A stretch of 64,000 nt of DNA from the NCBI GenBank assembly GCA_002269645.1, contig NIVC01000731.1, positions 124,001-188,000 on the forward strand. Reading direction: 5' to 3'. Below the pieces are notes generated by a model. It made no database searches. It saw nothing but the letters and a program-made list of their open reading frames with translations, and had not been told where the DNA came from. Below, one piece after another: positions 1 to 13,017 of the stretch. This DNA comes from Macrostomum lignano. Taxonomy: Eukaryota. Within the stretch, counting starts at the first letter, position 1. Each line of letters opens with the position of its first letter. The position numbers and the translations under genes are program-made.

Positions 1-671
1 GCACTTTGGTTGCAAAAAATGCAAAAATTGAAAATGTACTTTTACAGTTTTTTGCATTTTTTTCTATACTGCTAATAGTTAAGCATACATACTATGCACC
101 AATTGATGCGCAATTCAAAGATACACAAGTGTGGAAGTTTTCAATTCTTAAACATTTGAAATCAGAAAGTTATCGACGAAAGACTAAAAATCATGATCTC
201 AAACTGATTTGAGGAAAAGTGCTCATTATAATTTTTGGAATATGGAAGAAACAATTCAACGCCGTCATCTAATTCCAAACTAACTGTACTTTAAGGTACT
301 GCGATGATTTTTTTATTGAAAGAGCGAAACCTGTTTAAATATTTGAAAAAATGGAAAAAAAGTACCTTTTTTCATAGAAATACACTCTTTTGACTGCTTA
401 ATCCGATTTCCAACAACAAAATAGTTGCTTTCCTGCTGGTGCAAACCGTTATTAGGGTGAATTTTCAAAATTGCATACTGTGCCAAAAGTAAACTGAAGC
501 TTAATATTTATAAACATTAGAAACGGGACCACTAATGGGTATTTTACTTTGGTTACTTTCTATGGACTAAACTGGCACTGGCAGAGACAGATTTGAGAGA
601 AACTAATTGCTCCATTGTATTTGTATTTGGCTCCAGCGTTACAAATTACAATAGCTATTTCGGGGTCTAAC

Positions 672-1620
672 TAGGGATTCCAATCCCGGGATCCCGGGAT
701 CCCGGGATCCCGGGATCCCGGGATTGGGGCCAAAAATCCGGGATTTGAATCCCGGGATTTTTTTGGGAATCGAATCCCGGGATTTTTAATCCCGGGATTG
801 CAAAAGACCGGGATCGGGATCCCGGGATTTCAAGGCCTTAATCCCGGGATTGGTCCGGGATTAGAACGACCTTTCAATGCCTAAATTAGATAATTTAAAG
901 TCTAAACGTTTATTTGAATAATAAAACATTTATTTGTTTTTGCTGTTTCTCAATGAAACGTTAAACATTTGCAAAGCTCCTGTCTTAATTGAGCTAAAAA
1001 TTGTTAATGTGAACTGTAAATTATAGATAATTTTAACTTTTTTTTCGTTTTCTACCACGAGACGAGACTGAGGGCCTTTTCATATTGCTTGCTCTGGTTC
1101 CAGAACAAGAACCAATTTGTGAAGTATAAACTTTTTGTCTCCATAACTAGAGGGAGATACGTGCTATAAAGTTTTTATAATTGAATGACAGTCGCCAAGA
1201 AGAAAGTGAAAAATTGTGCTAAGTGAGGCTGTTAAGGCAGTCAAATATTAACAGAGTTTAATAGTTATACTGCTGTTTTTCTTGGAATTCCGAACCGATT
1301 CTGGTTCTGGAATTGGTAATATGAAAAGGCCCTGAGACTCTGAGAGTCGCGAGACCATGACTACTGCACGCGGCACGCCGCACAGTCCGTCTAGCAATTT
1401 AGGGATTCCAATCCCGGGATCCCGGGATCCCGGGATTGGGGCCAAAAATCCGGGATTTGAATCCCGGGATTTTTTTGGGAATCGAATCCCGGGATTTTTA
1501 ATCCCGGGATTGCAAAAGCACCGGGATTCCGGGATTTTGAATCCCGGGATTTCAACAGCATCGGGATTTCGGGACTATTCAATCCCGGGATTGTAAAATG
1601 TCGGGATTTTGGAATCCCTA
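672..1620. mobile_element. Non-autonomous hAT-type element, 949 bp
   Basis: TIR TAGGGATTCCAA ... TTGGAATCCCTA; 8-bp TSD GGTCTAAC at 664-671 and 1621-1628; many subterminal ATCCCGGGAT repeats. Confidence 0.9.
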
Positions 1621-2785
1621 GGTCTAACCGGCTAAGTTATCAAAAAAGCTAGATACCAATCACCAGTTTCATCATCAGCTATACCTACCACGATTTTATA
1701 GTCACATGCAACAGTAATACCCTCCTTTAAAAGTTTTCAATATCTAAAATGATGTGTTAAATTTTATAAAATTTCATAAACAGTGAAATTTTAGCTGTTT
1801 ACGTGCTGGTGGTTTGAACGTAGCTACTTTGTGCGAAAATACACTGTCATTAATACCGTACCTATTATTGTATTTATTGTATTGAAAGTTGATGTGTAAA
1901 TTGTACTTTTCTATTTTTTTGTCATTCGTTATCGCACTCGGGCCGGCCTGCCTGCCTTGTGGGGTGTGGTGGCCTTGGCCACTTTCTCCCCCTTCTGCTA
2001 GGATCCAAAGCAAGCTTTCAAGTGTACATTTAATATTATCGATCGATTATTTAAAACAAGCCTCTAGTGGCTGGTGTTGAGAGTGAGTGGCCTTGAGTGT
2101 ACGCGAAAGCAAGAGGAAGCCCATGGGCGGACTATATGAACCTTCCTTTAGTGGAAAGTTGGGCCTTGTGCATTGGATAGTGTACGCTACACAAGACAGA
2201 AGGTAAAGAAAAAGAGAACGACAGGCTAGCCAATAGCGATAGCATGTGCTTCTTTCTCTCCAGTCCACTATGGTAGGGGGGGGGGAGGGGGTGTCAGACG
2301 GCCCAACTCTAACCCCCATACCCAAAACAGCGTACATGTAGAATAAGAAGGGATTGGGTCCAGATAAGTCTTCCCAAATGTACATGTATGTACAAAGACA
2401 AACACAGACAAGAAAAATGGCTCTAAAAACCATTGTTATTGTTACACTGTGTGTCTATTTTTATTAACTTGACTTTGACTTGTCTTTACTCTAGCATGGT
2501 CAAGGATAATTACTGTTACTTCATACCTAATTTACAATTAATTGCATAAGATTAAGAAGGAATAATACAATCGAGGTCGAACCCATTATCACTTGACCCA
2601 CCCACCCATGATCACTTCTGATTCTGACCTACATGTATCTACTATATCCTGCCAGTTTCTCCAGTTTTATGGGTCTTGGTGTCGGTGATTCGAGCAATTC
2701 CATTACATTTTATCGGTGCAGTGCGTCTATTAATGCTTAGCTACTTGTATATGTGTTGCAGAACTTATGCTCGTAGTTTCCCTTC

Positions 2786-3564
2786 TAGGGATGTTGACCC
2801 CGGGAGTGCTCCCCGGGGAGCTTGTCGGGGAATACTCTCCGGGGAATTTAACCGGGGACCCTGGGGAGAAAAAATATGAAAAAATGCATTTGTAACTTAA
2901 TTTTTGCCATTAAAATAAGAAACTGATTCACAGAAAGCTGATTGAAACTCTGTCTATGCTCTTTTACCGCATAATTGCTTATTTCAATGCATTACATGTA
3001 TTTGAAACACAACACACGTTTGATTGTTTTTTCACTAATAAGTCATTCAATCAAGCAAATTGCACGTAGAAAAGAAACCCGTCAGGAAAAAGAAGCCTTA
3101 CTGACTAGTGACTGCTGTGTTGGTCTGCGTTGACGGCTTGACGCAGGCGCAGCGCTGCGTCATGCGTCAGGCACTGACGCATAGGGGGGTGTCATACATA
3201 TACTCCCTATTAGACAAGGACAAAATGGTGATTTACATATATATGCAAGAAATAAAATTCCGATTATAAAAACAGTCTCATTCATTAATTATCCTCTCAC
3301 GAGCGTAGCTGTTTAGCATGCATTCCAACAAATGCACTTTTCCGATAAAGGTGCGCGCACGATTTCGTGATGCCACATTGTCAAATACAGTTTAAAAAAA
3401 CATTGTTTAAAATTTTTACCCCTGCGCCTTGAACATGTAGTACAAAGCTTAAATCAAAGTTTAAAAAATTCCACTTACAATTTAAGTGATCCGCCGTTTT
3501 TACTTATTTTTTCTTTTCACCGGGGTCCCCGATAAGATAATTCCCTGGGGAATCGACATCCCTA
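2786..3564. mobile_element. Non-autonomous hAT (Ac-like TAGGGATG terminus) element, 779 bp
   Basis: TIR TAGGGATGTtGA / TAGGGATGTcGA; CCCCGGGG-rich subterminal repeats; TTCCCTTC at 2778-2785 and 3566-3573 (one extra A at 3565). Confidence 0.75.
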
Positions 3565-4924
3565 ATTCCCTTCCTATAAATCATTTGACGTTAGAGACAT
3601 TTTACAACTCTCGCCCTACTTTATCTATTAGGCTAACTTTATGTATGACACGACGCAAAATATTAGGAGCATCAGCGTTAATAATGCCTTGAAAGTCTTT
3701 AAATAATCGATACAACACTAGGTATTATAAAATTCCAACCCCAAAGCTCACTGGGGCGAAAAGACTTTGTCTTCATTAACTAGTTAGTTAGTAGTACCTA
3801 ATTATTATAGCATCTGTGGTCCGTAGCAAGGAAGAATGCTTAAGTTATTTTGGGAAAGGCAGTTGAAAAGACTTGGATAAGTTGGATGCAAGAGATTGCA
3901 GACGAACACGTAAACAACTTGCTTATTTATTTGTTTAGTCATAGTGTACATTTAGCCGTGTCAATGTACATGCCAGCTTTAGGCTGGAGTGCTGGGAAGG
4001 CAATTAAAATTTGGGTGGTGTGGCGGGGGTAGAGATTTTGTTTGGGGGTTCTGCGGGCCAATCAGCGAGTCTTCAAACTTTCTACTGGAGTGAAAATAGC
4101 TTAACGCACAAGCGTGTTGAACAGCCCATCTATTTCACTGCTATGCTATCTGTGGTTTCGTGCGCTATTGCCGTTTTATGGGGGTGATTTCGTGGCTTCT
4201 AAAAATAGAAACAATTTTACACTTGTGAAATCAAGTGAAGTTGATTTTAGCACACTTGGTATACATTTTTAAGAATAGATTTTAGACTTATAATCTCGAG
4301 GCCATCATGTTTCGTATTAATCCTTTCTTTGTTTTTTGTAACTCTATTACGATTAGCACTTGCAATCGTCGATTTGTTGTGCGGTATTTTCTTCGATTTC
4401 TTGCAATCGATTTTGATTGTATTTTTTTTGTCGCTGCAATTTCTATCAGCCCGATGATGTGATATTTCTAATTTTGTTCAGACACACAGGAAGTCAAGCA
4501 GATTAAAGGACAGATTGTACTTTTGTGTTTTGTCTTTTCCTAGACTGGCTGTCCCTGTCTGAGCATGAACTTTTATCTCATAAGTAAAAGCACAAAATAT
4601 TGTTTTTTTTCTTTTTTTTCATGATTTTTTCTATTCGTTTAATTTGATTCCTCAAGATCATATTTTTATTTGCAAAAAATTATACTTTGCACTGCTTGTA
4701 TTCTGTTAAATAAGTAGTGCTATTTGCACCGCTGTGTTTTTTTCTGTCTCGTCTGTCTGCTCTTTTACTTTATTATACACTTGGTTCAACAAAAGTGTTA
4801 GCTTCAAAATAAGAAGCTAAGCAGATGTTTAATTTAATAATAATCTTCAAGCAAGTTGCTTATTTCAACTAAATTTCCACGTTATTATGAATTACCTTTT
4901 TTTCGGAGACAGGGGGAACGATAA

Positions 4925-5810
4925 GGGGAGGCAGTGTGAATGATAAGAGGAGGGAGCGGGAATGATGAGTGTAGGGAGCGGGAATGATGAGTGCAGGGAG
5001 CGGGAATGATGAGTGCAGGGAGCGGGAATGATGAGTGCAGGGAGCGGGAATGATAAGGGGAGGGAGCGGGAATGATAAGGGGAGGGAGCGGGAATGATGA
5101 GTGTAGGGAGCGGGAATGATGGGTGTAGGGAGCGGTAATGATGAGTGCAGGGAGCGGGAATGATGAGTGCAGGGAGCGGGAATGATGAGTGTAGGGAGCG
5201 GGAATGATGAGTGTAGGGAGCGGGAATGATGAGTGCAGGGAGCGGGAATGATAAGGGGAGGGAGCGGGAATGATAAGGGGAGGGAGCGGGAATGATGAGT
5301 GTAGGGAGCGGGAATGATGGGTGTAGGGAGCGGTAATGATGAGTGCAGGGAGCGGGAATGATGAGTGTAGGGAGCGGGAATGATGAGTGTAGGGAGCGGG
5401 AATGATGAGTGTAGGGAGCGGGAATGATGAGTGCAGGGAGCGGGAATGATGAGTGCAGGGAGCGGGAATGATGAGTGCAGGGAGCGGGAATGATGAGTGT
5501 AGGGAGCGGGAATGATGAGTGTAGGGAGCGGGAATGATGAGTGCAGGGAGCGGGAATGATGAGTGTAGGGAGCGGGAATGATGAGTGTAGGGAGCGGGAA
5601 TGATGAGTGTAGGGAGCGGGAATGATGAGTGCAGGGAGCGGAATGATGAGTGCAGGGAGCGGGAATGATGAGTGCAGGGAGCGGGAATGATGAGTGCAGG
5701 GAGCGGGAATGATGAGTGCAGGGAGCGGGAATGATGAGTGCAGGGAGCGGGAATGATGAGTGTAGGCAGCGGGAACGATACTCGTAAATAGAGGGAGCGG
5801 GAATGAGTGG
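4925..5810. repeat. 22-bp minisatellite GCAGGGAGCGGGAATGATGAGT, about 40 copies
   Basis: Direct reading. Confidence 0.95.
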
Positions 5811-7335
5811 TCAGATCATCATCACCATCAGTAGGCAATAATAGACCCGCTTGTCTCCAGCATGAGAAATGCCAGATAACACGGTGAGACCGCAACTTGG
5901 CAGACTTTGCGCGACCGACTGCAGGTGTCTGAGAAAGCCTGCCATGTGGATTAGGAAGATCAGAACTGGGATAACAGGCCTGTGTTGAACGCAGCGGACA
6001 GACAGCAGGTCATAATTAATCAGTTGGGCGCATCTCAGATGAGGCTGCTCCTGAAACCAGTGGGGAACTGCATTGTGGATATTTGCTGCATTACGAGTAT
6101 GTTCTTAGCTGCAATTCGCGGTGAAAATTTACGACAGCATCGGCACAATCGCCTTCGACGTATACCGGCAAAATCTTGTCGGCGAGCTCTGCTCATTCAT
6201 TAATAATTGATTACTTTGTCAGAGCTAATAAAGGTGACGAGTCAGAAAAGTGACGCACGTATTGCTAGTGGCCGGTCGCTTTTTGGGGGAACCGCTCGGC
6301 TGGTCTGAGTCGGGATCAGGTGGAATGAGTGATTTTAGCTACCTGTATGTGATAGATTCAAAATGTGACTAAGCTGTATGACAAAAAATATTTGTTTATT
6401 CGATATGCTCAATATTCTTGTGAAAGTTTTTTTTAGGTAGAAGTCGTGAATATTTGAGTCAGTCCTTTCTTCTTGGTCAAAGAATCGAGTTGATGAAGTA
6501 CTAATTATTTATTTTTTTAGTTTTAAAAAGTTAAAAGTCTCCAGAGGTACAAAAACAGATTTTTCGCGAATTTAAATTTAGGTTTGTTAAATCAAGTCAA
6601 ATTGATGTTTGTCATTTTTCTCAAATTACGAGACCCGTAACGACATTCACGTCAAATCACGGTTTAAAAAAGACATGACTTGTGCGCAATGAGCTCTATT
6701 GTTAATACGTAGTTAAAGTAATAGTAGCAGTAAAACAAACATTATTTTTTAAAAAATCTGATTTAACTATTCGAGAAACCATTAAAATACTCGTAACAAT
6801 AACAAACAATAATAGTGTTAGTAATACTCGTAGTTAGATAATAATCAATAAAATGTAAGCTTGAAATTGAGGCTCATTAATAATTAAAATAAAATTGACA
6901 TAGGCTAAAATGAATGTTTTTTGAAGAATGTGCATCCAATGCAACCAGTAAGTGGTACGTTCTGCTAATCTAAAATACAGCTTGAATACAAAGCTATCAT
7001 CACATTGCATATTTTAGAAACTATTATAAAAAATTGCAATATATTGTTACTCGTGTATTACTGCATTAATCAAATCCCGCAGAATGTTTGCCAAAGTTAA
7101 TAATACGGCTCATGAGGTAAACACTAGCTGAGAAAGTACCCGCGAAGGCAGTCGGGCATTGGACGATCTGGAGCTGCATGGGTCTCAAAGTTCGTGATTG
7201 GGCCAAAGTCCTCCCTCCCCCAACTCGCTCTGGGGCGGGGCGGCACTGGCTGATAAGCGGGTAGCCGTTGCTGTGGCAGACTGAGGCCGACTGCAACCCG
7301 GAGAAGCTGAATAAGCGCGAAATTGGCTACTGAGA

Positions 7336-7441
7336 ATGGAGTACAGCTGTCGCTCAGCTGCTGCCGTTAAAGACTCTTTCAGACACCAGCTGCTGGCCTT
7401 GCTGTTGCTGCTGCTGCTGCTGCAGCTTCAGCTTCATCCAG
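7336..7441 (+). CDS. nAChR alpha subunit exon 1 of 8 (signal peptide). Full CDS join(7336..7441,12759..13000,13670..13779,14908..15088,15442..15522,15853..15929,19477..19673,21832..22631) = 1794 nt, 597 aa
   Basis: ATG 7336 gives MEYSCRSAAAVKDSFRHQLLALLLLLLLLQLQLHP (poly-Leu signal peptide), then the donor G|GTGAG. Its phase 1 matches the exon 2 acceptor. Confidence 0.75.
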
Positions 7442-7719
7442 GTGAGCTCTGCGATTAGCTATTCGGCTTGGGAAACTTCTCCAAATTCTCATCTGAATTC
7501 TCCAAATAACCCAAAATGGCTGCTGGGCAGCAATCAAGAAGCCACTTCAGCTGCTGCGGATGGAATTAACCCCGAGCTCTCCGGGGCTCCCCCTCTGACT
7601 GCTGGAATGCGGCAGAACTGATGCGTGCCTCACTGCCGCTGCCGGCCTGGTCACGGACCCCCGCTGTGCTGCAGGTCTGCCCCCCCCACTCACGTGCTGC
7701 TGAGTTGCTTCACAGCATG

Positions 7720-7761
7720 CCTGTCTGTCTGCCTGTCTGTCTGTCTGTCTGTCTGTCTGCC

Positions 7762-7798
<37 letters not shown>

Positions 7799-7817
7799 GC
7801 CTGTCTGCCTGTCTGCC

Positions 7818-7850
<33 letters not shown>

Positions 7851-7869
7851 GCCTGTCTGCCTGTCTGCC

Positions 7870-7947
<78 letters not shown>

Positions 7948-8022
7948 CCTGTCTGTCTGCCTGCCTGCCTGCCTGCCTGTCTGTCTGTCTGCCTGCCTGT
8001 CTGTCTGTCTGTCTGTCTGTCT
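7720..8022. repeat. (CTGT/CTGC)n microsatellite, nAChR intron 1
   Basis: Direct reading. Confidence 0.97.
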
Positions 8023-9784
8023 CCTCCCACAGTCTGTTAATAAGTGGCTCAAAAAACTATTTTTGAACCATTCGGCAATGGCAACAGCAGGCCACATCCA
8101 GATCTCAGAAATACTGTTCTCGCCAGCAGCTGAGCATGCCGATACCTCATCCAGACTTACCCTACACCGCGGAACTAACTGAGAAAATTGCAGCCCCTGT
8201 CTGGCGGGCGGGGTGATTTAGTGCCGGGCCAGCTGCTTCGCCCCTACCGGCCCCGGGCAGGTCCTAACCGAGTTAGCGTGAAGGCAGTCCCGCCGGGCAG
8301 CCCGTGGTTCCGCTGGCAACATTCTCAGCGATCTGGGCAATTTTTTGCTGCTCAGGCCAAGTCTGAGACCGATGCTGGGGCTGGTCTGCATATTCATTGG
8401 CCGGCAGGCAGGGGCGGTCAGACAGACAGCTGGAGGCTTAGCAACTGTTATCAAATCCGGCCGGCCCTCCCCCCTAAAGCGCGCACCGCGTCGTCAAACA
8501 AAAGTCCGGGATTAGCCGGCCGTCAGTCACGGCATTAAGGGAGATCCCGGATCTGATTGTCTGTCCGAGGGCGACCGTCAGCTGCAGGTCTGGCTAGCGG
8601 ATTCTCGACCAGCAACTTGAGCATTCTGCTTGGCATAGTTGAGCTCTGCGCTCGGAGCGTTCAGTGTGTAGAAAAGCCCAAAAATGTAGAAAGGTTTAAT
8701 TAAAAGGGTTTCAATTTTTTTAGTAGATGCGACCACCTTGCACATCCCGTGCTCGCGACATAGACAGCTGAATTAGAAGGCCGATACTCTCGGTTTTCTT
8801 AGAAATGAGCTGGAAGTCGGCAGGGAACTCATTTAATTGCATGCTCTCGAGACCGCATAGTGCTGGATGGGCTTTCGCCATAGACAAGGTCGGTCAAGAA
8901 AAGTCGATTTCTCGAAAGCATAGAACATCTAGTGTAAGTGTGAGCATGAAGGAGCATGACAGCTTGTCGTCTTGATTTGCGTCTCAGTGCCCCAGACGTC
9001 TCGCCAAGACTGCAAACTGACTGATTGCAACTATCTGCTGCTCAGGGTAGGTCAACAGTGCGGCCTTCCTGAGCCAGATAAGCACCAAATAAGCTTTTAA
9101 AGCCAATCAATAAAGAGGCATTGAAAATTTATGAAAAAAACTTTCTTGAAGCACCTCGAAGTGCGCGGCGTGCGCGCCGACTGTCCAGCCGCTCCGTTGC
9201 CGTCCGCAGCACCGGCAAATCCAGTGGTGCGTTTCTCTCGGCCATCGATTGTCTAAATTATGGACGGCACGCGAACGGTATTGGCAGATTTTGGCAGGGG
9301 ATATTGGGGCTGGCAAATGTCTGTCTCTATCGGCCAGTGTCGAGGCAAGCAAGCGGACCTGCTGCTGCCACCAGCTTTCCAATAAAGAATTCATAAAGCC
9401 ACGAAGCGCCCAGCTTTGGCAACAAGTTTTGCTTCACTCCCCCGGCCGCGCTGCCAATAAAGAAAAACTGCTGTTGTAAAAAATGAAGAAACACCCGCCC
9501 TGCAGATACAGGAAATGAAAGTTGAATGTGGGAAATGAAGGCCCTGCGGTTCAGCCGGGGTTGGCTGACCCGGCCTTACACTCGCTCTGCATTCACAATA
9601 TCTCCTGCACTTCTCACTCTCAGTTCTGGCCGTCACCTGCCGGGGGTTCAGAAACCCCCGCCCCATCTTCAATTCACATCTCTGCCAGCGCTTCCTTCTC
9701 GCCCGGCCAAGAAGCTCTGGAGCTCGGCATCTCTCGCCATTTTTATCTCTCACCTCATCGCTTTGAGCATGTATTGATGCACTG

Positions 9785-10318
9785 TCTCTCTCAGTCTCTC
9801 ATCTCCGCCTCTCTCATCTCTGCCTATCTCATCTCTGTCTCTCTCATCTCTGTCTCTCTCATCTCTGCCTCTCTCATCTCTGTCTCTCTCATCTCTGCCT
9901 ATCTCATCTCTGTCTCTCTCATCTCTGTCTCTCTCATCTCTGCCTCTCTCATCTCTGCCTCTCTCATCTCTGCCTATCTCATCTCTGTCTCTCTCATCTC
10001 TGCCTCTCTCATCTCTGTCTCTCTCATCTCTGTCTCTCTCATCTCTGTCTCTCTCATCTCTGTCTCTCTCATCTCTGCCTCTCTCATCTCTGCCTCTCTC
10101 ATCTCTGCCTCTCTCATCTCTGTCTCTCTCATCTCTGCCTATCTCATCTCTGTCTCTCTCATCTCTGTCTCTCTCATCTCTGTCTCTCTCACCTCTGTCT
10201 CTCTCATCTCTGCCTCTCTCATCTCTGTCTCTCTCATCTCTGTCTCTCTCATCTCTGTCTCTCTCATCTCTGTCTCTCTCATCTCTGCCTCTATCATCTC
10301 TGCCTCTCTCATCTCTCA
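9785..10318. repeat. 15-bp minisatellite TCTCTCATCTCTGYC, nAChR intron 1
   Basis: Direct reading. Confidence 0.95.
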
Positions 10319-10629
10319 GTTACTTTTGATTTCACTTCAATGTTCGTTTCAATAAAATGCTCCTTCATTCCAGATATTTCCAACCAGCGAGTCTTCAATC
10401 CTTGACGATTGATAATTTAATTCTCGGTTCAAATGGGATTTCCCGATTGTCGATTAAGAAATAAGTCAGCGCTGGTCACGGATGTGCAGGTCAAGTCCCC
10501 GGAACTGGTTGAGAAGAAGTCTGGATGTAACTTAGCAACAACCACCCTCGTCCCTAACTCACATAAGTCAATCAGTGTCACCCCCAAGAGTTTATCAACC
10601 GGCGCTGGGCAAGGAGGGCCGCCCCCGCC

Positions 10630-11165
10630 CTCAGATGAGCTGTGGCCTACTCAAATGAACTGGCGCTTTCTCAGATGAACTGTGGCCTACTCAAATGAAC
10701 TGGCCCCTCTCAGATGAGCTGTGGCCTACTCAAATGAACTGGCGCCCTCTCAGATGAACTGTGGCCTACTCAAATGAACTGGCACCCTCTCAGATGAACC
10801 TGTGGCCTACTCAAATGAGCTGGCGCCCTCTCAGATAAGCTGGCGCCCTCTCACATGAGCTGGCACCCTCTCAAATGAGCTGGCACCCTCTCAGATGAGC
10901 TGGCGCCCTCTCACATGAGCTGGCACCCTCTCAAATGAGCTGGCACCCTCTCAGATGAGCTGGCGCCCTCTCAAATGAGCTGGCACCCTCTCAAATGAGC
11001 TGGCACCCTCTCAAATGAATTGGCACCCTCTCAAATGAGCTGGCACCCTCTCAGATGAGCTGGCGCCCTCTCAAATGAGCTGGCACCCTCTCAAATGAGC
11101 TGGCACCTTCTCAAATGAATTGGCACCCTCTCAAATGAGCTGGCACCCTCTCAGATGAGCTGGTG
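10630..11165. repeat. About 20-bp minisatellite CTCARATGAGCTGGCRCCCT, nAChR intron 1
   Basis: Direct reading. Confidence 0.93.
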
Positions 11166-12182
11166 CTCTTTGCTGAACCATTTAAGTTGCACGGCTTTAC
11201 TTCTGCACCCCTAAAAACTCGAGTTAGTGAGATGGAGTTGCTGCAGCTGTTGCTGAGCGCACTTACAACTCGAGCTGGTGAGCAACTGTCCTTGAACAAA
11301 AAACTTTTATATTTTATATTTCTGTCTCCCCTAGTCGCTAAAAAGCATTGCCTGATAGATCCCGGCATTCCCCAGTCAGCCAGGCCTCCAGGGCGGTGCC
11401 TCTCCGCCTCCTTGATTTGAAGGCATCGATGTGTCAGCAAAAGCAATCAATAACAGACAGCTGGGAGAAGAGAACGGGATTGTCATCCCAGCAGCAGCCA
11501 TCCCGTGCCAGCAGTTGCAGGGACAACTATAACGTTCTCCGATTCCTCTTGAGAAGCTCCTACTCAAGCCGTCTCAGTGACAAGTGCAGCACGAATGGCT
11601 TGGCACGGGTGGAGGGGAAGCTGAAACAAGGAATCTTCATCAAGTGGCTCTTGAATGAGGAATGCGCGATGATCTCTGTACGAGCATTGCGATTTGAATA
11701 TTTAAACCAAGGCCTGCTTGGATGAGCAGAATGGATTATGAAACCCGGGGTTGTAGCGCAAGAGTCAGACGCTTTTACTGCTAAGGCTTTCCGTCTCTCC
11801 TACCTTTCTTCTACTTGACCGTACCGGTTGAGATCACCTCAAATGAGTCATAAGTTTTACTGATAATGAGAATGAGAATGTCTCAAAATCTGATCTCAAT
11901 GGCTCGTTGGACCCAGGCTGCAGTTCGTGATTTATAAAGAATTTCCTAGCGACAAATAAAAGTTGTTCTCTGAACCGCTCAGACTGCCTTTGAGCTGTGG
12001 ATTCGGCAGTTCTGTGAATTTCTTTTATAACTTCTGCTTTCTAAGAAAGAGCTGACATTTGAAACATTTCTTGTAAATTACTTTTTATATTCCTACATGC
12101 AGGAGTTGATGCAATAAGTGAGATGCATTTGAGCTCACGAGAATTGCAGCCATATTTTCTGTCAGCTCCACTGCACCTGCAA

Positions 12183-12748
12183 TCCACCCCACTGTCTACC
12201 CCCACTATCCACCCCACTGTCCACCCCACTGTCCACCCCACTATCCACCCCACTGTCCACCCCACTGTCCACCCCACTGTCCACCCCACTGTCCACCCCA
12301 CTGTCCACCCCACTGTCCACCCCACTGTCCACCCCACTGTCCACCCCACTGTCCACCCCACTGTCCACCCCACTGTCCACCCCACTGTCCACCCCACTGT
12401 CCACCCCACTGTCCACCCCACTGTCCACCCCACTGTCCACCCCACTATCCACCCCACTGTCCACCCCACTATCCACCCCACTGTCCACCCCACTGTCCAC
12501 CCCACTGTCCACCCCACTGTCCACCCCACTGTCCACCCCACTGTCCACCCCACTGTCCACCCCACTGTCCACCCCACTATCCACCCCACTGTCCACCCCA
12601 CTATCCACCCCACTGTCCACCCCACTGTCCACCCCACTGTCCACCCCACTGTCCACCCCACTATCCACCCCACTGTCCACCCCACTATCCACCCCACTAT
12701 CCACCCCACTATCCACCCCACTATCCACCCCACTGTCCACCCCACCCA
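12183..12748. repeat. 12-bp minisatellite CCACCCCACTRT, ending about 10 nt before the exon 2 acceptor
   Basis: Direct reading. Confidence 0.97.
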
Positions 12749-12758
12749 GTGACTGCAG

Positions 12759-13000
12759 GCGCCTGTTGCAACTGCTGGCGCGGACGCCGCGGCGACGCCA
12801 ACGACAGCTTTGACGCGGTGCAGGCGATGCCGGACGAGCAGCGGCTGATGAACTTCCTGCTGCAGGGCTACGAGCTGTCCGTCAGGCCGGTTTTCAACTC
12901 GAGCGAAGCGGTGACCGCCCAGATGGGCATCACCCTCACCCAGATCTTCGACATGGACGAGAAGAACCAGGTGTTGGTCACCAACATCTGGCTGGATCAG
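12759..13000 (+). CDS. nAChR alpha subunit exon 2
   Basis: gactgcag| acceptor; encodes [22 protein letters not shown]...[20 protein letters not shown] (Cys-loop receptor N-terminus, loop D Trp); donor CAG|GTGCG. Confidence 0.95.
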
Positions 13001-13017
13001 GTGCGCTCGGACTGCTG

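Noticed and set aside
4885-5895. 336-aa ORF and similar long ORFs over arrays (7621-8182, 9522-10355, 12041-12752, 13664-15021, 22620-24252, 33436-34127, 43803-44270, 44557-45300, 55256-58119)
   Set aside because: They are translations of tandem repeats that lack stops in some frames, and many lie inside phase-consistent introns.
9100-9750. Cluster of overlapping 76-120-aa ORFs in nAChR intron 1
   Set aside because: No recognisable motifs or consistent splice signals.
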